In this document: piece after piece, positions 58,098 through 64,000 of the stretch | Numbering within the stretch: position 1 is the first letter of the stretch | Layout: each line of letters begins with the position of its first letter | Assembly: GCA_030549845.1 (NCBI GenBank) | Contig: JAUQQN010000002.1 | Location: 53,307 to 117,306 of the forward strand | Length of the DNA: 64,000 nucleotides | Source of the DNA: Patescibacteria group bacterium | GTDB taxonomy: Bacteria; Patescibacteriota; Minisyncoccia; UBA6257; HR35 | Direction: 5' to 3' | Made by a program: the position numbers and the translations under genes | Notes under the pieces: generated by a model | Databases searched by the model: none | The model's input: the letters and a program-made list of their open reading frames with translations, nothing else | Told to the model about the DNA's origin: nothing

Positions 58098-59060
58098 TTA
58101 ATAACCATAGAAAACCACTTCCGGAATTAAAGCATATGCATTTGTTGTATTAGGTACCACCCTAATCCTAATTTCACCTGTTGTCTTTCCAATAGGAACG
58201 TTAACTATTCCATTTGAAGCCGTGGTTGAAGCTACTTCAATAAATTGAGAAGTAGAACTACTCCAATAAAGTATAGAAATCCTCGTATTACCTATCAAAT
58301 TACCTCCATTTAGATACAATATTCCATAATCAACATATCTAGGAACAGACATAGAAAAAATTATAAAATAATCTTCTAATTTTGAGGTAGTAGATGGATG
58401 ATCACCAATTAAAACTGAGGGAGATAAAAGTCCATCATGTAATAAGGGGGCTTCACAGTTTGCAAGTGATGGAGAAGGTGTAGCTGCTGCATAAGTAATA
58501 TTTTTAAAGCTTAATAAATTTAAATTCTCTAGATATGCAAAATTTAAATTTGTAGAATATACAATGGGAACAACGAGACACTCATATAAAGTATCGTTCC
58601 CATTTGCGATATAATATTTACCTTCTAAGTCTATGATATTAGATAGGTTTATTTGAACTTCTTTTATAACACCTGCTTCTCTTTTCGCTATCCATTTAAA
58701 TATCCATTGTATAGGGAAAATCAGATCTCTAAAACCAAAATAGCCTTCGTAAATTATAGGAAGCACTTGTTCACCATATATTGTTATTGTATAAGGTGCT
58801 TTAAAGAATGGTATCAAATTTTCACCACCAAAATAAGGAACTGAAATTTCTGATTGTGGTGGGATGTTTATCGTATTTAATTTGTAAAGCCCGTATTCTA
58901 ATGAAGAAATAACAGAAGAAAACCAATCGCCTCCTCTTTCAATCAAGCGACTTAAAGAAGTAATTTTTGAAGACATTAAACTTATACCTATTATTGTTGA
59001 AACTGCTAACACCAACAAAACAAGTAGAGTTATTAAAAGAATTTGGGCCTTTTTATTCAT
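58098..59060 (-). CDS. Pilin-like/pseudopilin-like secreted protein
   Basis: N-terminal KKAQILLITLLVLLVLAV hydrophobic helix (no Glu5). Third gene of the pilin-like cluster. Confidence 0.4.
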   Translation of the reverse strand: MNKKAQILLITLLVLLVLAVSTIIGISLMSSKITSLSRLIERGGDWFSSVISSLEYGLYKLNTINIPPQSEISVPYFGGENLIPFFKAPYTITIYGEQVLPIIYEGYFGFRDLIFPIQWIFKWIAKREAGVIKEVQINLSNIIDLEGKYYIANGNDTLYECLVVPIVYSTNLNFAYLENLNLLSFKNITYAAATPSPSLANCEAPLLHDGLLSPSVLIGDHPSTTSKLEDYFIIFSMSVPRYVDYGILYLNGGNLIGNTRISILYWSSSTSQFIEVASTTASNGIVNVPIGKTTGEIRIRVVPNTTNAYALIPEVVFYGY

Positions 59061-59517
59061 TAAAACTTAATTTATAAATTACTGATGTTGCTGAAAGGTT
59101 TTGATCTCCTTTCAAATTAGAAACATTTATAAAAACTTTTACATAAGGGCCTGATGTGCTTACTAGAAAATCCATAAGCTTTATATTAGAGCTTGTATAC
59201 CTATCTGTTCCGCTTGCATTTTCTATATACAAACTACTACCTGAAGCAAATAACTTTTCATAAGAATTATTAAACTCAAAACTTACCGAAGAGGTGGTTG
59301 TTTGGATGTTTTTTGCTTCTATACTATTATAATAAATTTTGTGTAAGATTTTAAACATCTCGTTTGATAGGGTTACTTTATCAAAATAAAACGAAGTATA
59401 GTAAATTATACCATATATTATCCCAAGAATCAATATAAAACTAATAGCAGCAATTCCAATATAAACTAAAAGTTCAACCAACGTAAATCCTTTGTTATGG
59501 TAAATAAACTTCTCCAT
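59053..59517 (-). CDS. Type IV pilin/pseudopilin with a canonical prepilin peptidase motif
   Basis: HNKG|FTLVELLVYIGIAAISF: class III signal peptide G/FTLxE. Confidence 0.75.
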   Translation of the reverse strand: MEKFIYHNKGFTLVELLVYIGIAAISFILILGIIYGIIYYTSFYFDKVTLSNEMFKILHKIYYNSIEAKNIQTTTSSVSFEFNNSYEKLFASGSSLYIENASGTDRYTSSNIKLMDFLVSTSGPYVKVFINVSNLKGDQNLSATSVIYKLSFNE

Positions 59518-60055
59518 TTATATTAACGTTTTCTGTTTTGGTGGAATAATAAATTAGAGATGTTGTTGGAGTAATTACAATTATACTTGAAGTTGCTTCT
59601 TTCCATTCATCTTGAAAAATAGCTCTTTCCTTTAAGTTTGTTAGAACAATTAATGATGATTTTAAGGTGTTTGGAGATTGAACATAAATTCTCAGTAATT
59701 TTTGAGAAGGATCTCCTTCCAAGGTCTTATTTTCTACAGTAAACCAGACATAATAATTTTCTAATTTATACGGATAAAGTTCTCTTCCTTCTATTATCTC
59801 GTAACCTGTTGAAGTAGGTGATAAAAAATAACTTACATTTTCTTCTAATTTATCTAATTGTGAGAAGTTTTCTCTTGCTATCCCTAATAAGATATAAGAA
59901 TAATTTGAAGAAAGATTATAAACTACTAATGCTTCTTCAGAAAGCTTTAAAGATTTTGAAACTATAGTAAACAGCGCAAAAATCAAAATAGCGACCAAAA
60001 TAAATACAGAAAGTCCTACTATTACTTCTACTAATATTTGGGATTTAAATTTCAT
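59495..60055 (-). CDS. Pilin-like (minor pilin/pseudopilin) protein
   Basis: MKFKSQ|ILVEVIVGLSVFILVAILIFALF, a non-canonical prepilin-like N-terminus. Confidence 0.5.
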   Translation of the reverse strand: MKFKSQILVEVIVGLSVFILVAILIFALFTIVSKSLKLSEEALVVYNLSSNYSYILLGIARENFSQLDKLEENVSYFLSPTSTGYEIIEGRELYPYKLENYYVWFTVENKTLEGDPSQKLLRIYVQSPNTLKSSLIVLTNLKERAIFQDEWKEATSSIIVITPTTSLIYYSTKTENVNINGEVYLP

Positions 60056-60062
60056 AAAAAAT

Positions 60063-62195
60063 TTATTTATGTTTCAAACTTTGTCTATTGTTTATAATAA
60101 CATCAAAAAGATATTGCGGTACTTCTTGATAATGCGAAAATTCCATATAGCTAAATCCTCTTCCTTGAGTTAAAGATCTTAAAACGGTAACATAGCCAAA
60201 CATTTCAGCAAGTGGGACTTTTGCATTTATTTTTTTCATTTCTCCTTGATCCTCCACTAATTCTATTTTAGCCCTTCTTGAAGAAAGATCTCCAATTACA
60301 TCACCTAAAAATTCAGACGGAACTATTACTTCTAATTTCATTATTGGCTCTAAAAATATAGGATTGCCCTTTTTTATGGCATCCTTAAAAGCAATTTCTG
60401 CTGCTATTTTAAAAGCTAAATCAGATGAGTCAACTTCATGAAAAGAGCCATCAAATAATGTAACCCTTACATCCCTTACCGGATAGCCAGCAATTACACC
60501 TTTTTCCATGGCTTCTTTTATTCCTTTTTCAACAGCAGGGATAAAGTTGTCAGGTATAACGCCGCCTTTAATAGCATTTACAAATTCAAATCCTTTACCT
60601 CTTTCTAATGGTTCGACTCTTATAACTACATGTCCGTATTGCCCTCTACCTCCGCTTTGCCTAATATATTTTCCTTCAGCTTCAACTGTTTTGGTTATAG
60701 TTTCATGATAAGCAACCTGCGGAACACCAACGTTTGTTTCAACCTTAAATTCTCTTTTTAGTCTATCCACCATAATTTCTAAATGAAGCTCTCCCATACC
60801 TCCTATTAAAGTATCACCTGTTTCTTGGTCTACTTTTATTTTAAAAGTAGGATCTTCATCAGATAAAGCTTTCAAGTATATACCCATTTTTTCTTGGTCT
60901 TGTTTTGTTTTTGGTTCTATTTTCATCCATATCACAGGTTCAGCGAATTGTATTGCTTCTAACCTAATAGGATGCTTCGGATCGCAAATTGTATCTCCTG
61001 TTTTAAGTTCTTTAACCCCAACTAGTGCACCAATGTCTCCAGCAAATAATTCCTCTATTTCTTCTCTATGATTCGCGTGCATTCTAACTATTCTTCCAGC
61101 TCTAAATGTTTCTCCAGTTCTTGTGTTTAATATAGTGTCACCTCTCTTTAAAACTCCTGAATATACTCTTATATATGTTAGCGAACCAACAAATGGGTCG
61201 ACAGCAAGCTTAAACGCTAAGGCGCAAAATGGTTCGTTATCATCTGATTTTCTGTATATTTCAGCACCAGTATCAGGATGCCAACCTCTTACAGGTGGCA
61301 AATCAACAGGAGAAGGCAAAAAGTCAATTACCCCATCTAAAATTAATTGAACACCTTTATTTTTCAAAGCTGAACCTGCATAAACTGGTATAAAAGTATA
61401 GTTTATACAAGCCCTTCTAATTGCTTCTCTTATTTCATCTTCATTAAATTCTCCCTTAAAGTATTTTTCCATAAATATCTCATCTGATTCTGCTAATTTT
61501 TCTAACATCATATTTCTATATTTTTCAGCATATTCTTTTAGTTCATTTGGTATCTCTTCCACTTTTAAAATTTCTCCTTTGTCTCCTTCAAAGTAAACGG
61601 CTTTCATTCTTATTAGATCTATAACTCCCTTGAAAGCTTCTTCTATTCCTATAGGGATAGTAACAGGTACAGCATTTTTTGTAAGCCTTTGATGAATAGA
61701 TTGTAAAGATTTTTCAAAGTTTGCACCTAATCTATCTAATTTATTTATAAAGCATAACCTAGGCACCTTATACTTATCTGCTTGATGCCAAACAGTTTCG
61801 GATTGAGCTTCAACTCCTTGTACCCCATCAAATATAACTATTGCTCCATCTAAAACACGTAAAGAGCGCTCAACTTCAGCAGTGAAATCTACATGGCCTG
61901 GGGTATCAATTATGTTTATTTTATATTCCCCTTTTATTCTTTCTTCTTTTGTAGTTGCTTGTTTTTTATAACTTTGAGTCCAAAAACATGTAACAGCAGC
62001 AGCAGTGATAGTTATACCTCTTTCTCTTTCTTGTGGCATCCAATCAGTAACAGTTGTACCTTCATGCACTTCACCAATTTTGTGAGACATTCCAGTGTAA
62101 TACAAAATTCTTTCAGTGGTTGTTGTTTTACCAGCATCAATATGAGCTATTATTCCTATATTTCTTGTCTTTTCAATTGAATAAATCCTTGGCAT
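60063..62195 (-). CDS. fusA: Elongation factor G
   Basis: [35 protein letters not shown]... with all five EF-G domains over the 710-aa length. Confidence 0.95.
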   Translation of the reverse strand: MPRIYSIEKTRNIGIIAHIDAGKTTTTERILYYTGMSHKIGEVHEGTTVTDWMPQERERGITITAAAVTCFWTQSYKKQATTKEERIKGEYKINIIDTPGHVDFTAEVERSLRVLDGAIVIFDGVQGVEAQSETVWHQADKYKVPRLCFINKLDRLGANFEKSLQSIHQRLTKNAVPVTIPIGIEEAFKGVIDLIRMKAVYFEGDKGEILKVEEIPNELKEYAEKYRNMMLEKLAESDEIFMEKYFKGEFNEDEIREAIRRACINYTFIPVYAGSALKNKGVQLILDGVIDFLPSPVDLPPVRGWHPDTGAEIYRKSDDNEPFCALAFKLAVDPFVGSLTYIRVYSGVLKRGDTILNTRTGETFRAGRIVRMHANHREEIEELFAGDIGALVGVKELKTGDTICDPKHPIRLEAIQFAEPVIWMKIEPKTKQDQEKMGIYLKALSDEDPTFKIKVDQETGDTLIGGMGELHLEIMVDRLKREFKVETNVGVPQVAYHETITKTVEAEGKYIRQSGGRGQYGHVVIRVEPLERGKGFEFVNAIKGGVIPDNFIPAVEKGIKEAMEKGVIAGYPVRDVRVTLFDGSFHEVDSSDLAFKIAAEIAFKDAIKKGNPIFLEPIMKLEVIVPSEFLGDVIGDLSSRRAKIELVEDQGEMKKINAKVPLAEMFGYVTVLRSLTQGRGFSYMEFSHYQEVPQYLFDVIINNRQSLKHK

Positions 62196-62222
62196 TTTAA
62201 TAGATTATAGAATAGAAATTAA

Positions 62223-62714
62223 TTATTTTTTCTTTTTACGCCCCCACCAAGCAAAGTGGGCAAAAGCTCTGTTAATTTCTGCTAGTTTGTGCATTTCATT
62301 TTTCTTTCTTACTGCTTCTCCTTCATTATTTGCGGCTGCTATTATTTCTTCTGCTAATTTTATATACATGGGTTTCCCCTTTTTGTTTCTCGCAGCTTCT
62401 ATTATCCATTTTACAGCTTTGGAAAACCTTCTTTCAGCTCGAACAACTCTTGGAACTAAATAAGTAGCTCCTGCAATTCTACGAGGCCAAACTTCTAAAA
62501 GTGGAGCTACGTTTTTTAATGCTTGCTGAAACATTTTAAATGGATCTTGTCCTGTTTTTTCCTTTATATAATCCATTGCAGAATAGAAAATTTTTTGAGC
62601 CTTAGTTTTTTTACCATCTTTCATAAGATTATTAATAAATCTAGTAACAGCAATTGAATTATAAACAGGATCAGGTAGCCATTTTCTTTCAATTTGCACT
62701 GGTCTTCTTGCCAT
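62223..62714 (-). CDS. rpsG: Ribosomal protein S7
   Basis: [20 protein letters not shown]... matches uS7. Confidence 0.9.
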   Translation of the reverse strand: MARRPVQIERKWLPDPVYNSIAVTRFINNLMKDGKKTKAQKIFYSAMDYIKEKTGQDPFKMFQQALKNVAPLLEVWPRRIAGATYLVPRVVRAERRFSKAVKWIIEAARNKKGKPMYIKLAEEIIAAANNEGEAVRKKNEMHKLAEINRAFAHFAWWGRKKKK

Positions 62715-63124
62715 TATTTTTCTTTCTTAACTCCATATAATGAACGACCTTGCTTTCTTCCTTCAACCGGAGCTGCATCATAGACACCTCTTACAATATG
62801 ATATCTAACGCCTGGTAAGTCTTTAACCCTACCTCCTCTTACTAAAACAATTGAGTGTTCTTGAAGGTTGTGGCCTATTCCTGGAATATAGGCAGTTACT
62901 TCTTTGCCATTGCTTAATCTAACTTTTGCTACTTTTCTTAAAGCAGAATTAGGTTTTTTAGGAGTCATTGTATAAACCCTAACACACACTCCTCTTTTAA
63001 AAGGAGCTGGTAAATAAATTTCTTTCTTCTTCAACGAATTATAATGCCACAAAAGAGCAGTGGCTCTCTTTTTTTCTTTTCTTTTTTCTCTGCCTTTTCT
63101 TATGAGTTGATTTATTGTTGGCAT
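62714..63124 (-). CDS. rpsL: Ribosomal protein S12
   Basis: [14 protein letters not shown]...[11 protein letters not shown] matches uS12. Confidence 0.95.
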   Translation of the reverse strand: MPTINQLIRKGREKRKEKKRATALLWHYNSLKKKEIYLPAPFKRGVCVRVYTMTPKKPNSALRKVAKVRLSNGKEVTAYIPGIGHNLQEHSIVLVRGGRVKDLPGVRYHIVRGVYDAAPVEGRKQGRSLYGVKKEK

Positions 63125-63154
63125 TTTATTTAAGCTAATAATAAAATAGCTATC

Positions 63155-63226
63155 TGCCTGGGGAGGGAATCGAACCCCCGACGCCGGGCTCTTCAGGCCC
63201 GCGCTCTACCACTGAGCTACCCAGGC
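63155..63226 (-). tRNA. tRNA-Phe (anticodon GAA)
   Basis: 72 nt. Acceptor GCCTGGG/CCCAGGC with A73. Anticodon loop CTGAAGA. T-loop TTCGATT. Confidence 0.8.
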
Positions 63227-63263
63227 TTTTAGTATCTTTTAAAAGTTTATTAATCTTATTATA

Positions 63264-64000
63264 TCAAATTTCTTTTTCTTTTACAAATGGGAAGTAAATT
63301 ACATCTTTTAAGCTTTTAGAATTTGTTAAAATCATAACTAACCTATCTATTCCTATACCTAAACCTGCGGTAGGAGGCATTCCATATTCAAGCGCTTCTA
63401 TGAACGTTTCATCATAAGGATGAGCTTCTTCATCTCCTTTTTTAATCTGTTCTGCTTCTTGAAGAAACCTTTCTTTTTGATCAATAGGATCATTTAATTC
63501 TGCAAACGCATTAATTATTTCTAAACCACCAACATAACCCTGGAATCTTAAGGTAAGTTCAGGATTTTTTGGGTTTCTTTTGGCAAGTGGAGAAATTTCT
63601 AATGGGTGGTCTATTAAAAATGTTGGTTGAATCAAATTAGAACGTATCATCTTTTTAAATATTTCATCAACTATTTTACCTTTTGTTATTACCTTGGGAT
63701 TAAATTCGATATTATTTTTTTCAGCAAAATTTATAAAATCTTCTAAGGGATTTTTAAAGTAATCCAAGCCTGTGTATTTTTTTATTATGTCAACATATTT
63801 CAGCCTTTTCCATTTATTTTTAAAGTTTATTTTTTTGCCTTGGTACTCAATTGTGTAAATATCTTTCTTCTTAAAATACTTATTAAATTTAACAACTAAC
63901 TCCTTAAGTAAATCCTCAACGAATTTCATTAGCTTTTCCCTATCGCAATAAGCATAATAAAGTTCCATCATGGTAAATTCAGGATTGTGTTCTCTATCTA
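63264..64000 (-). CDS. lysS: Lysyl-tRNA synthetase (class II), C-terminal catalytic part; 5' end beyond the window
   Basis: ...HNPEFTMMELYYAY (motif 2 region), LIQPTFLIDHPLEISPLAK, ELNDPIDQ, EYGMPPTAGLGIGIDRLVMILT (motif 3). The reading frame continues open to position 64000. Confidence 0.85.
   Translation of the reverse strand, partial: DREHNPEFTMMELYYAYCDREKLMKFVEDLLKELVVKFNKYFKKKDIYTIEYQGKKINFKNKWKRLKYVDIIKKYTGLDYFKNPLEDFINFAEKNNIEFNPKVITKGKIVDEIFKKMIRSNLIQPTFLIDHPLEISPLAKRNPKNPELTLRFQGYVGGLEIINAFAELNDPIDQKERFLQEAEQIKKGDEEAHPYDETFIEALEYGMPPTAGLGIGIDRLVMILTNSKSLKDVIYFPFVKEKEI

Noticed and set aside
1-64000. CRISPR arrays, rRNA genes, and intact transposases or integrases
   Set aside because: I saw no regularly spaced short repeats, no rRNA-like GC-rich conserved stretches, and no intact recombinase or transposase ORF; only the recombinase C-terminal fragment at 35111-35464.

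Overview
This is an AT-rich window (about 28-30% GC) with dense, overlapping genes and almost no Shine-Dalgarno sequences, which fits a reduced-genome Patescibacteria/CPR-like bacterium.

Most of it is minus-strand housekeeping:
- A ClpC-like ATPase, RseP, frr, holB and mreB.
- A ribosomal and translation block: infC-rpmI, rpsP-rplQ-rpoA-rpsD-rpsK-rpsM-rpmJ-infA, and rpsL-rpsG-fusA.
- pyrG, pyrH, an M32 carboxypeptidase, a P-type ATPase, RNase J, and a type IV pilin-like trio after fusA.
- Nine tRNA genes: Arg, Pro, Ala, one atypical CCA-encoding tRNA, Gln, Asn, Leu and Phe.

Accessory-looking content:
1. A plus-strand 513-aa orphan with a putative Mrr-like PD-(D/E)xK nuclease core, sitting in a tRNA cluster.
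2. A 9-kb plus-strand block (30.4-39.5 kb) holding a Memo-like/CapA-like fusion gene coupled to an 857-aa protein, a C-terminal fragment of a large serine recombinase, and a DUF2341-LamG plus GH3 gene pair bracketed by 42-bp direct repeats. This looks like a decayed integrative element.
3. A GC-rich (about 50% GC) 133-aa foreign ORF with its own consensus promoter, strong SD and terminator.
4. Tandem secreted FN3-like paralogs sharing an identical 68-bp repeat.
5. A second secreted paralog pair placed 50 kb apart.

Genes with lost or degenerate features include a PriA homolog that has lost all helicase ATPase motifs, an rpoA without the alpha C-terminal domain, and a ClpC-like protein with a degenerate D1 domain. 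I found no CRISPR array and no rRNA.
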